Shown piece after piece: positions 1 to 7,577 of a stretch of DNA of 33,028 nt. Source of the DNA: a virus (Duplodnaviria; Caudoviricetes); the IMG/VR virus record IMGVR_UViG_3300031991_000106, positions 1-33,028 of that record, one strand, 5' to 3'. Both the position numbers and the translations under genes were made by a program. A model generated the notes under the pieces. The model was not told the DNA's origin. It made no database searches and was given only the letters and a program-made list of their open reading frames with translations. Numbering within the stretch: the stretch's first letter is position 1; each line of letters opens with the position of its first letter.

Positions 1-168
1 CTCGGCGAGACGGAAGCGGATCGCCGCGTCGAGGAGCGCGCGGGCCGCAGCGAAGGCCGCGGCGCGGTCCGGCGCCTCGCTGACGGCTTCGGGAAAGTCC
101 CGGAAGGAGATGAGCACGGTTCCCTCCGCCGCGGCAAAGCGGGCGGGATAGTCAAGAGATGGCATCAT
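1..168 (-). CDS. hicB: HicB-family antitoxin, N-terminal part (runs off the window edge)
   Basis: Manual translation MMPSLDYPARFAAAEGTVLISFRDFPEAVSEAPDRAAAFAAARALLDAAIRFRLAE fits the HicB N-terminal pattern YPA...v.F.DfPea; AAGGAGA Shine-Dalgarno upstream; directly downstream of a hicA-like gene; absent from the ORF track. Confidence 0.8.
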   Translation of the reverse strand, partial: MMPSLDYPARFAAAEGTVLISFRDFPEAVSEAPDRAAAFAAARALLDAAIRFRLAE

Positions 169-183
169 GACGGTCTCCTTATC

Positions 184-390
184 TCAGAGGTAGTCTTTCG
201 GCAGGCCAAGCTGCTTGAGGACGACCTCGATATAGACCGGGGAAAGGTCCCCGCTTTTCACGATGGTCTGCCGGCCGTCGAGAAAAACCTTGGCGTGGCC
301 GCCCTTTCCCCCCTCCAGCCTGATGACGGGCAGGCGCCCGTCGCGCTTGAGGGCCTTGCGGAGAAGAGAGAGGAAGCGCTCGCGTTTCAT
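184..390 (-). CDS. hicA: HicA-family mRNA interferase toxin (68 aa)
   Basis: Small basic protein with GKGGH motif and C-terminal 'VLKQLGL' typical of HicA; start placed at ATG 390 just after the predicted -10 box. Confidence 0.8.
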   Translation of the reverse strand: MKRERFLSLLRKALKRDGRLPVIRLEGGKGGHAKVFLDGRQTIVKSGDLSPVYIEVVLKQLGLPKDYL

Positions 391-396
391 GAGGCC

Positions 397-449
397 ACAA
401 TCGGACATTCACGTCCGGACGTCAAGCAAAAAACGGACATGAATGTCCG
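397..449 (-). promoter_or_regulatory. hicAB promoter with two palindromic operators
   Basis: Minus strand TTGACG (420-425)-17 nt-GATTGT (397-402)-6 nt-ATG; near-palindromes CGGACATTCACGTCCG (402-417) and CGGACATGAATGTCCG (434-449). Confidence 0.7.
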
Positions 450-473
450 GGACAACAGCTACAGGAGGCGCCT

Positions 474-1292
474 GTGAGCCGCTGGTATCGCGCCTATGAC
501 GGTACGGTCTCGGACCCGAAGATAGGCGAGGCTGCGCTGATTGCGGAAACATCGCGATCTGTCGCCGTTGCCACATGGCACGCCCTGCTGGAAAGCGCGG
601 CTGCGGCGCAAGACGGCGGCCGCTTCGACACGACTCCGCGCCGTATCGCGGCGATGCTTGGCGAGCCGGCGGCTACGATCGAGCGATTGGCCTCCGCTTT
701 CGAGGAAATCGGCCTCGTATCCGACAGTTTCATTGTTGCTTGGAAACGGCGGCAGTTCGATAGCGACACGTCAACGGAACGTGTCCGTGAGTTTCGGAAA
801 CGGTCACGTCAACCATCGAAACAAATTCGCAACGACGATGAAACGTTTCAGCAACAAGATGTAACGCCCCCAGATACAGATACAGAGAAGAAAGATTCCG
901 AAGCTGACGCTTCGGGCGCTGACGCGCCGCCGACCGACGCTCGTGAAGCCTGCTGGCAGGAGGGCGTGCCTCACCTCGTTGCCATGGGCGCGTCCGACAG
1001 GGACGCCCGCTCGAACATCGGCCGCTGGCTCAAGGGTCATCCACCCATCGCCGTGCTCGGGGCGATCCAGCGCGCCAGGGACCACGGGACGAGAGACCCG
1101 ATCCCGCTTGTCGGCAGAATCCTCAACCCCATCGGAGCCAACGGCCATGTTTCAAAAGCTCACTCCGCCGCTGCTGTCGCGAGGCGGCTTGCCGACGAAG
1201 CCCGAGACGACGAAGCCCGAGACGACGAACTGTCCCAAGCGCGTGGCGTCGGAGCGGGCCGCGATCCTGCTGGGCTGCTACCGGCGCGATGA
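474..1292 (+). CDS. Phage replication initiator / replisome organiser-like protein
   Basis: GTG start with AGGAGG 6 nt upstream; N-terminal wHTH-like region, 'DSDTSTERVREFR', low-complexity linker 'PDTDTEKK' and a C-terminal helical domain, the layout of lambda O-like initiators. Confidence 0.7.
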   Translation: MSRWYRAYDGTVSDPKIGEAALIAETSRSVAVATWHALLESAAAAQDGGRFDTTPRRIAAMLGEPAATIERLASAFEEIGLVSDSFIVAWKRRQFDSDTSTERVREFRKRSRQPSKQIRNDDETFQQQDVTPPDTDTEKKDSEADASGADAPPTDAREACWQEGVPHLVAMGASDRDARSNIGRWLKGHPPIAVLGAIQRARDHGTRDPIPLVGRILNPIGANGHVSKAHSAAAVARRLADEARDDEARDDELSQARGVGAGRDPAGLLPAR

Positions 1293-1692
1293 GGTGTCGG
1301 ACCCGGAGATTTTCACACGCGGCGTCGTCGCCGTGCTGATGGACTATCCCGAGGAAATCGTCCGGCGAATCACCGATCCGCGCGGCGGCATCCCGAGCAG
1401 GCTGAAATGGCTCCCGACGATCGCGGAGGTCAAGGAAGCCTGCGAAACTGAAATGGCTCCCGTCCGGCGGCGCCGGGAGCGCGAGGAGCGCGAGGCTCGT
1501 TCCCGCGCCCTGATCGCCAGGGCTCTTCCGGCACCTCCGGAGAGGGAGGCTGAAATCGCTGACGGCCTGCAACGCCTCGCCCGTGAGCTTCGCTCGCGCT
1601 TCGGCCTGTCCGACGAGGATTGGGCTGCAATCCCCGATGCGCCCGATCCCGTGATGGCTCTCAGGGCCGCGTCCAAAGGGGCGCGCGAATGA
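1147..1692 (+). CDS. Putative replication accessory protein (helicase loader/inhibitor-like)
   Basis: Overlaps the initiator 3' end; 'LKWLPTIAEVKEACE' resembles the C-terminus of loader/inhibitor-like phage proteins; start at ATG 1147 inferred. Confidence 0.55.
   Translation: MFQKLTPPLLSRGGLPTKPETTKPETTNCPKRVASERAAILLGCYRRDEVSDPEIFTRGVVAVLMDYPEEIVRRITDPRGGIPSRLKWLPTIAEVKEACETEMAPVRRRREREEREARSRALIARALPAPPEREAEIADGLQRLARELRSRFGLSDEDWAAIPDAPDPVMALRAASKGARE
1193..1229 (+). repeat. 15-bp tandem repeat (about 2.5 copies)
   Basis: CGACGAAGCCCGAGA x2 followed by CGACGAA. Confidence 0.9.
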
Positions 1693-2240
1693 GAAAGACC
1701 CGGCGAAAGACATCGATCCTCATCAAACCCCGCGAGGCCAATGGCAGGCATCGCCGGCCCACGGCTTGCCAACAGGAGGCTGAAATGATGGCCGTCGCTC
1801 TCGCCCAACCGCACCGCGCCGGCGGCAAGCCTGGCACCGAACGATCGTGGCACCGCTGGTGCAAGGTTGGCCGCCTCATCGTTGACGGCAAGGTCACGAG
1901 CCGCAGGTACGGCGAGACCGAGCTCCACGAAGCCGTGCGCCGCTATGCCGAAGACTACCGCAACCTGCAATGGGTGATGGCCAGCCGCAACGGGTTTGCA
2001 GTAGGCGGGAAGACAATGGGTGTCGAAATGACGGCCGATTTATCCGACGCCATCCGCAGGGCGTGGTCCAACGTCAGCCGCGAGCTTGCCGAGCATGGCG
2101 AGCGGATCACCAAGGCGGCGCAATTCGCGATACTGGATGACCCCACCGGCGACGAGCGCACGCTGGCCCCGTGGATCGTCCTGACTCTTCCGATTGCTCT
2201 CGATATCCTCTGCCGGCACTACGGGTTGCAGCCGTCGTGA
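1689..2240 (+). CDS. Hypothetical protein, position suggests late transcription regulator
   Basis: ATGA overlap with the upstream stop; basic N-terminus 'KPREANGR' and C-terminal 'ALDILCRHYGL'; last early gene before the packaging module. Confidence 0.55.
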   Translation: MRKTRRKTSILIKPREANGRHRRPTACQQEAEMMAVALAQPHRAGGKPGTERSWHRWCKVGRLIVDGKVTSRRYGETELHEAVRRYAEDYRNLQWVMASRNGFAVGGKTMGVEMTADLSDAIRRAWSNVSRELAEHGERITKAAQFAILDDPTGDERTLAPWIVLTLPIALDILCRHYGLQPS

Positions 2241-2415
2241 GCGATTTGAAACTGCAAGTGGGTCAGCTTCAAACCTGAGACGCTTGCGCTGAATGGACAG
2301 ACGACCCTTTAGGGCTGTCGGGAGCGGCGCGGGGTTCCCGGCAGGGCTTCCAGTGGACGGCCTGCCCCCGGCGACGCGGACGCGGCTTCTGTCCGGTCAA
2401 GCCCTGAGACTTACA

Positions 2416-2471
2416 ATTGTTGTCATGACAACAATATTTGACAGGCAAAATTTTTGTCTGTACATTTAATC
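2416..2471 (+). promoter_or_regulatory. brnTA-1 promoter and operators
   Basis: Perfect 20-bp palindrome ATTGTTGTCATGACAACAAT (2416-2435); TTGACA (2438-2443)-17 nt-TACATT (2461-2466)-5 nt-ATG. Confidence 0.8.
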
Positions 2472-2747
2472 ATGGAGATTGGTTTCGATCCGAACAAAAG
2501 CAGGAAAAACAGCCGGGAACGGGGCCTGCCATTTGAACTGGCTGCCGATCTTGAATGGGAGCGCGCGGTCACCTTCGAGGACATCCGCCACGATTACGGC
2601 GAAACCAGAATGATCGCGCTTGTCCCGCTCAACAAGCGCCTGCACGTCGTCTGTTACAGCCAACGGGACAACGTGCGGTGGATCATCAGCTTCAGAAAGG
2701 CCAATGCGCGAGAGGTAAGAACCTATGAAAAGACCTTTGACCGATAA
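2472..2747 (+). CDS. brnT: BrnT-family ribonuclease toxin
   Basis: 'FDPNKSRKN..ERGLPF', 'DYGETR', 'WIISFRKAN.RE' BrnT motifs; followed by a BrnA-like gene. Confidence 0.9.
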   Translation: MEIGFDPNKSRKNSRERGLPFELAADLEWERAVTFEDIRHDYGETRMIALVPLNKRLHVVCYSQRDNVRWIISFRKANAREVRTYEKTFDR

Positions 2748-3000
2748 GAGTGGCGAAGTCAGGGAACTGACCGCCGCCGACATGCAGCAGTTTCGGCCCA
2801 TTCAGGAGACCGACCCCGGCATGTTGCAAGCGGTTGCAAACTACCGCAAGCGAGGGCGTCCGACCGTCGAAAGTCCGAAAATGCGGATAGGCTTTCGTCT
2901 TGCGGCGGATGTTGTCGCGGGAATCAGGGCCAGCGGACACGGCTATAACGCCCGTGTCGAAAAACTGCTGCGCGAGGCCCTTGCAAAGGGCAAGCTATAA
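2725..3000 (+). CDS. brnA: BrnA-family antitoxin (RHH)
   Basis: 'RGRP...PK..IGFRLAADVV...RASGHGYNARVEKLLR' BrnA C-terminal pattern; overlaps brnT. Confidence 0.9.
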   Translation: MKRPLTDKSGEVRELTAADMQQFRPIQETDPGMLQAVANYRKRGRPTVESPKMRIGFRLAADVVAGIRASGHGYNARVEKLLREALAKGKL

Positions 3001-3033
3001 AATCCAACACGCCCATTTGTGCAAAATTGTCCC

Positions 3034-3111
3034 ATGATTTTGGGCTATGCGCGAGTCAGCACGGACGGCCAGAGCGTCGAGGCGCAAGTGAAGGCGCTTC
3101 ACGCCGCCTGA
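3034..3111 (+). pseudogene. Serine recombinase (resolvase/invertase) N-terminal remnant, 25 aa
   Basis: Manual translation MILGYARVSTDGQSVEAQVKALHAA* contains the catalytic GYARVST motif, then a stop. Confidence 0.8.
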
Positions 3112-3122
3112 TCCGATGGTAC

Positions 3123-3144
3123 GGTAGTGGGTCAGTTTGAAATC
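3123..3144 (+). repeat. IS terminal inverted repeat (left)
   Basis: GGTAGTGGGTCAGTTTGAAATC preceded by target duplication GATGGTAC. Confidence 0.92.
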
Positions 3145-3198
3145 GGCCGGTGAAATTGCCTATCCCCGGGCGCCACCTTGCATGATATTCTCGCGCCC

Positions 3199-3420
3199 AT
3201 GACAAAGACACCCAAGCGCCCGCGCGACCCGAACCAGTTGGCGAAGCTGATCACGGATATCGCAACCGGGGAATCCGGTGACACGAACGAAACCGTCCGC
3301 ACGAAGCGTGCAAGCGTGGCGGGCCAGAAAGGTGGCCCAGCACGCGCGGCTGCGCTCACCCCAGATCAGCGTTCTTCCATAGCCCGAGAGGCCGCAGCGG
3401 CCCGCTGGAAAAAAGGCTAG
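3199..3420 (+). CDS. Small basic IS-associated protein (KGG-type motif)
   Basis: 'KRPRDPNQLAKLITDIATGE...GQKGGPARAAALTPDQRSSIAREAAAARW', a pattern I recognise from small proteins beside IS1-like transposases. Confidence 0.75.
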   Translation: MTKTPKRPRDPNQLAKLITDIATGESGDTNETVRTKRASVAGQKGGPARAAALTPDQRSSIAREAAAARWKKG

Positions 3421-3890
3421 GCCGCTTCCTTATCGTCCCAGTATCGCCGTTCCTCAACGTCGTCGCGGAAATCGAAAAGCATTGGGATCGGCGGCTGGTC
3501 GCTCTTCATTTCGTTGTAAGCTTCCACGTCCGTAGCGAGTTGGACGCAGTCGCCAACAATCTGTTCGCGGCGTTGGATGAATGCCTTCTGCATATGTTGG
3601 CGAGGGGCGTCCTTCATCATTGCCCAGAACGTGTGCTGGACACCGGCCTTCGTCACGCGCACGGCGTGGTTGACTCGATAACGTCGCCCCTTGGCGTCGG
3701 TAGCGTATTCTTCGCGAAGCGCTGTCGCCATGTCCTCCGCAAGCTTCGCGTAGGGGTCCGCTTCCGGGAGCTCGATCAGTCCTTGCCGCACTCCCCAGAG
3801 CACGGCATCACGGGCCGTCGCAGGCACCGCACCATGCTCACGCTCGTAGCGGTGCCAGATACTTTGAAGGGATTCTTTGTACTTAGCCAT
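3417..3890 (-). CDS. Hypothetical protein, third gene of the higB-higA cargo operon
   Basis: 157-aa ORF with GAGGA Shine-Dalgarno, starting 9 nt after the higA-like stop; no recognisable family. Confidence 0.8.
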   Translation of the reverse strand: MAKYKESLQSIWHRYEREHGAVPATARDAVLWGVRQGLIELPEADPYAKLAEDMATALREEYATDAKGRRYRVNHAVRVTKAGVQHTFWAMMKDAPRQHMQKAFIQRREQIVGDCVQLATDVEAYNEMKSDQPPIPMLFDFRDDVEERRYWDDKEAA

Positions 3891-3899
3891 TGCGCGTCC

Positions 3900-5027
3900 T
3901 CACAGAGAAACGGGCGCAGAGACGCCCCAACCATCCACGTTCGCAGCGCCAATCAAAAACTGTCTAATCTTTGTTTTGTGGCGCGCTAGCCAATCATATC
4001 GGTCCATTTTGCGCTGCAACTGACCAACGACGATGCCCGGATGACGCTGTATTCTCTTAGCAAAGCCAAGGACGTCCCTTTCCGAAATAAAAGGAAATTT
4101 ACGAACATAGAACGACTCAAGCTCATCTGCCGGAACACAGCAATTGGCGGCTGCAAAATTTGCCCGCTTCTCCTCCGAAGGAAGTCCATCGCTTGTTTCT
4201 TCGATATCAACATCTACAGTTTCAGCGCGAAGTTCTCCGCTCCCGTCCCTATTAAGGACATGCTCAAGTTCATGACGCAAAACAAACCAATAATTGTCGA
4301 TTCTGTCTTGTCTCAGGGTCATACCGATAACAGGCTCTGCGTTATCAAGCCAAAAGCACACGCCATCGATATTTACTTTTGGCAAAGTCTCAACGATTAC
4401 ATAACGTACTCCGCAATCGTTCAAAGCGTGCGGAATGTGCCGGATTTCTTCCGGGTCGATCATGAATCGGGGCATATCCGCTATCAGCGCTCGCAGCTTA
4501 CTCTCCGAATAACTCGGGACAACCATTTCTGCAGCTATTTGGCGGACCCTAAAGAGCCATGCCATTTGTGCCGGGGTTGTTTCGCCGTAATCGGATTTTC
4601 TCGCCGCATGGGGCAGATAGGGAACGTCTGCGAGATCGTTCTTGCAAAAGAACCGCATCATCTGGGCTTCAAGCAGAGAGATGTCTGTGTCCGCCAGCCA
4701 CCCCCGGCGGATCATTTCGCGGACGGGATAGACGCTTTGGAGATTGGCGCGACGCTCGATGCCGGGGTCGGGAGCCCGAGCATTCGACATTTCATAGGCC
4801 TGCTGAAGGTTGGCAAAATAGTCAGCCGAGACATCGAACGCCTTTCCAAGCGCTCGCGCCATTTCAGGGCTGATACCGCGCTTGCCAGACGCGATGAGAT
4901 TCACAGCCTGCTCAGGCACACCAAGAATATAAGCCAGATCACGCTGCGACCATCCCCGCGCGTCGAGCTCCTCGCGGATGAATTCGCCAGGGTGAGGAAC
5001 GTCAATCAGACAAGATGCAATCGTCAT
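3900..5027 (-). CDS. higA: HigA-type XRE HTH fused to ImmA/IrrE (peptidase M78) metallopeptidase domain
   Basis: N-terminal 'PHPGEFIREEL...SQRDLA..LG...GKRGISPEMA' HigA signature; C-terminal 'IDGVCFW' and 'WFVLRHELEH' (HExxH). Confidence 0.88.
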   Translation of the reverse strand: MTIASCLIDVPHPGEFIREELDARGWSQRDLAYILGVPEQAVNLIASGKRGISPEMARALGKAFDVSADYFANLQQAYEMSNARAPDPGIERRANLQSVYPVREMIRRGWLADTDISLLEAQMMRFFCKNDLADVPYLPHAARKSDYGETTPAQMAWLFRVRQIAAEMVVPSYSESKLRALIADMPRFMIDPEEIRHIPHALNDCGVRYVIVETLPKVNIDGVCFWLDNAEPVIGMTLRQDRIDNYWFVLRHELEHVLNRDGSGELRAETVDVDIEETSDGLPSEEKRANFAAANCCVPADELESFYVRKFPFISERDVLGFAKRIQRHPGIVVGQLQRKMDRYDWLARHKTKIRQFLIGAANVDGWGVSAPVSL

Positions 5028-5038
5028 TTCGGCCTCCC

Positions 5039-5335
5039 TCAGTGAGTGTCGCCAATTTCGAGAATTCGGATGATCGGAGGACGCTCATCCTCCGAGAGTG
5101 TGAATACGATCCGGTATTGATCATTGATCCGAACTGAACGCCGGTCGTCGGCAAAACCATGCAGCTTTTTGTAACGCAAGCCCTTCAAATTCCTCAGATC
5201 GCGCTCGTCGCGAGCGGCCTCCAACTGAATGAGTTTGTTCCGAGCTGATTGAATCACGGCGACAGGCAGGCCCATTCGAAAGGCTTGATCCGTGCATATG
5301 CGCGCGAGGTCATCATCGGCAAACTCGATCTTCAT
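5039..5335 (-). CDS. higB: HigB/RelE-family toxin
   Basis: 'MKIEFAD..L', 'L.KLHG', 'SVRINDQYRIVF' plasmid-killer HigB motifs; upstream of a higA-like gene. Confidence 0.88.
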   Translation of the reverse strand: MKIEFADDDLARICTDQAFRMGLPVAVIQSARNKLIQLEAARDERDLRNLKGLRYKKLHGFADDRRSVRINDQYRIVFTLSEDERPPIIRILEIGDTH

Positions 5336-5343
5336 GAGGAATC

Positions 5344-5372
5344 AGTATAAATCATCCGCGATCAAACGTCAA
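5344..5372 (-). promoter_or_regulatory. Sigma70-like promoter of the cargo operon
   Basis: TTGACG (5367-5372)-17 nt-TATACT (5344-5349)-8 nt-ATG. Confidence 0.75.
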
Positions 5373-5446
5373 ACGCCTACTGAACGCCATACGTTAAACT
5401 GACCTATATGCTTGACTAAGGACTACAGTGGTCTATGGTCATCTTC

Positions 5447-6340
5447 ATGAACAAGCTCTCGTCAGCCGACCGCGCGCGCATCCTCCACCTTCTGTGCGAA
5501 GGCCAGTCCATTCGCGCCATCACGCGGCTCACCGGCGCGAGCAAGAACACAGTGACGAAGCTCCTGATTGACGCCGGCGCAGCCTGCATGGCCTTCCATG
5601 ACGCGAACGTTCGCAACGTGAAGGCCAAGCTGGTCCAGGTCGATGAAATCTGGAGCTTCACCTACGCCAAGCAGAAGAACGTCGCGGCCGCAAAGGCTGC
5701 TCCGGGCGGCGCTGGCGACACTTGGACCTGGACGGCCTTCGAAGCCGACACGAAGCTGATTGTCAGCTACTTCGTTGGCGGTCGCGATGGCGAGTGCGCC
5801 ATGTGGTTCATGGATGATCTGGCGTCGCGCCTCGCTACCCGCGTCCAGCTCACGTCAGATGGCCACAAGGCTTATCTGGAGGCCGTCGAGGGCGCGTTCG
5901 GCTGCGATGTCGATTACGCGATCATCAACAAGATTTACGGCACTGCGCCCGAGGCCGCCCGAGGCCGCTACAGCCCTGCCGAGTGTATTGGCGTCAAGAA
6001 GGAACGGATCGAAGGCAATCCCGACCGCGCCCACGTCAGCACGTCCTACGTCGAGCGCAGCAATCTAACGATGCGGATGCACATGCGCCGCTTCACTCGG
6101 CTGACCAACGCCTTTTCCAAGAAGGTCGAGAACCATGCCTTCGCCGTCGCGCTCCACATGATGTATTACAACTTCGTCCGCATCCATTCGAAGCTGCGGA
6201 TGTCGCCCGCCATGGCGGCGGGCGTTTCGGATCGGCTCTGGGAGATCGGCGACATCGTGGCGCTTGTCGAGGCGGCAGAAGCGAAGACTGTCACCAAGCG
6301 CGGTCCCTGCAAGAAAGCGCCGGCTCAGATTTCAAACTGA
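5447..6340 (+). CDS. IS1-family DDE transposase
   Basis: N-terminal HTH ('[18 protein letters not shown]'), 'QVDEIWSF', 'TSDGHKAY', '[13 protein letters not shown]...[12 protein letters not shown]'; candidate promoter TTGACT-16 nt-TATGGT just upstream. Confidence 0.92.
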   Translation: MNKLSSADRARILHLLCEGQSIRAITRLTGASKNTVTKLLIDAGAACMAFHDANVRNVKAKLVQVDEIWSFTYAKQKNVAAAKAAPGGAGDTWTWTAFEADTKLIVSYFVGGRDGECAMWFMDDLASRLATRVQLTSDGHKAYLEAVEGAFGCDVDYAIINKIYGTAPEAARGRYSPAECIGVKKERIEGNPDRAHVSTSYVERSNLTMRMHMRRFTRLTNAFSKKVENHAFAVALHMMYYNFVRIHSKLRMSPAMAAGVSDRLWEIGDIVALVEAAEAKTVTKRGPCKKAPAQISN

Positions 6341-6349
6341 CCCACTACC
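6328..6349 (-). repeat. IS terminal inverted repeat (right)
   Basis: GATTTCAAACTGACCCACTACC followed by target duplication GATGGTAC. Confidence 0.92.
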
Positions 6350-6512
6350 GATGGTACGGACCTCTTGACGGCGCCCCCCAAATCAGATTATCCGTCATTA
6401 ATGCACTGGCACGAAGTGCGAGGGGATCTCCAAAATCATCTTCGCACCGTGGTTCCGGTTGCGGTTGGCCCTCGATAACCCGGCCGCCAGGCTTCAGGCA
6501 ACGGGGTTCGGA

Positions 6513-6544
6513 CCGCCCGTTGTGCAAACCGCCCGTTGTGCAAA
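6513..6544 (+). repeat. 16-bp perfect tandem duplication
   Basis: CCGCCCGTTGTGCAAA x2. Confidence 0.9.
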
Positions 6545-6551
6545 TCCGAAT

Positions 6552-6986
6552 TTAGTCGGCGATGATTGCCGCCAGCCATGATGGCTCGATCTTGAGGGCC
6601 TTGCTGAGACGCTCCAGGGTATCGCCGCCGGGCTTCTTCGCCCCGGCCTCGATATCGGCGATGAAACCCTGACTAACGCCTGCTGCGGCTGCCAGTTCTT
6701 GCTGGGTCAGCCCTGCGCGCTTGCGAAGCGCTCTCAGTGGCCGGTCATCGGCAACAATGGCCGCAACCCAAAATGGACAGGTCACGATCTCACCCTTGGC
6801 GAGGCCATCGATGGCATCGCTCACGAGTGCGGACCCGGCGCGATCCTCGGCATCCTCATCGCCGAGGCCGGCAAGGAGAGCGTCGTAATCACGACGGCTC
6901 AGGACGATCATCTCCTCCCCGCTCGGGGACATGATCGTCTGAGGGGAGATGGCGGTGTGGTCGCCGATCAATGTGGTGCTTTTCAT
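6552..6986 (-). CDS. XRE-family HTH protein, orphan antitoxin-like
   Basis: 'SPSGEEMIVLSRRDYDAL' N-terminus plus 'PLRALRKRAGLTQQELA...VSQGFIADIEAG' HTH; similar to 22399..22809; AAAGGA Shine-Dalgarno before ATG 6986. Confidence 0.8.
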   Translation of the reverse strand: MKSTTLIGDHTAISPQTIMSPSGEEMIVLSRRDYDALLAGLGDEDAEDRAGSALVSDAIDGLAKGEIVTCPFWVAAIVADDRPLRALRKRAGLTQQELAAAAGVSQGFIADIEAGAKKPGGDTLERLSKALKIEPSWLAAIIAD

Positions 6987-7076
6987 CGGTGGATTTCCTT
7001 TCGGTGGCCAGCGGCGATCACCAGATAGCCGAACTTGCCCTGGAAAGATTGGCCCAACTCGAAGAATCCGAAGCAT

Positions 7077-7577
7077 GTGACTGACAACACGGAAGCCAGG
7101 GCCGGGGCAGGGCATCGCGACACAAGCGACACACATGGGCGCGCCCGACCGAGGAAGCACGCAAACATTACCATCATCGAGGCACTGCGAGCTTCGGGCG
7201 GCATCGTCTCGGTCGCGGCCAACAAGCTGAACATTGCGCGCCAGACGCTTCACGACTGGATCAATGACGACCCCGGGATCGCTGCCTGCGTGGCAGCCTG
7301 TCGGGAGGAGACGCTCGATCTCGCCGAGGCGCAGTTGATCAAGGCTATCCGCGACGGGTCGGAGAAGAGCGTCCATTTCATCTTGCGCACGCTGGGCAAG
7401 GCGAGGGGCTATTCCGAGCGCGTCATCCTGTCGGGTGATGAGAAGGAGCCCTTGCAGATCGAACACTCTCATGCGTTCCAATTCAATCGTTACACCAGGG
7501 AAGAACTCGAGGCGCTCGAAAGCCTTCTCGCCAAGGGTGCTGCCGACGCTGTCGGAGGTACAGAAGGAGCTGGCTGA
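7077..7577 (+). CDS. terS: Terminase small subunit (HTH-containing); start uncertain
   Basis: HTH 'GGIVSVAANKLNIARQTLHDW', 'LDLAEAQL', 'GKARGYSER'; directly upstream of and overlapping the large subunit. Confidence 0.7.
   Translation: MTDNTEARAGAGHRDTSDTHGRARPRKHANITIIEALRASGGIVSVAANKLNIARQTLHDWINDDPGIAACVAACREETLDLAEAQLIKAIRDGSEKSVHFILRTLGKARGYSERVILSGDEKEPLQIEHSHAFQFNRYTREELEALESLLAKGAADAVGGTEGAG

Larger units (their letters stand above)
3123..6349 (+). mobile_element. IS1-family element with passenger genes (3,227 bp)
   Basis: Perfect 22-bp terminal inverted repeats GGTAGTGGGTCAGTTTGAAATC (3123-3144) and its reverse complement (6328-6349); 8-bp direct repeat GATGGTAC at 3115-3122 and 6350-6357; DDE transposase inside, ending within the right IR. 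Confidence 0.92.

Noticed and set aside
4041-5045. 334-aa + strand ORF
   Set aside because: Shadow of the higA-peptidase gene on the opposite strand; no motifs.
7435-7577. Programmed frameshift fusing terS and terL
   Set aside because: The overlap is ordinary for terminase genes, an in-frame GTG exists at 7537 and no clear slippery site was seen.
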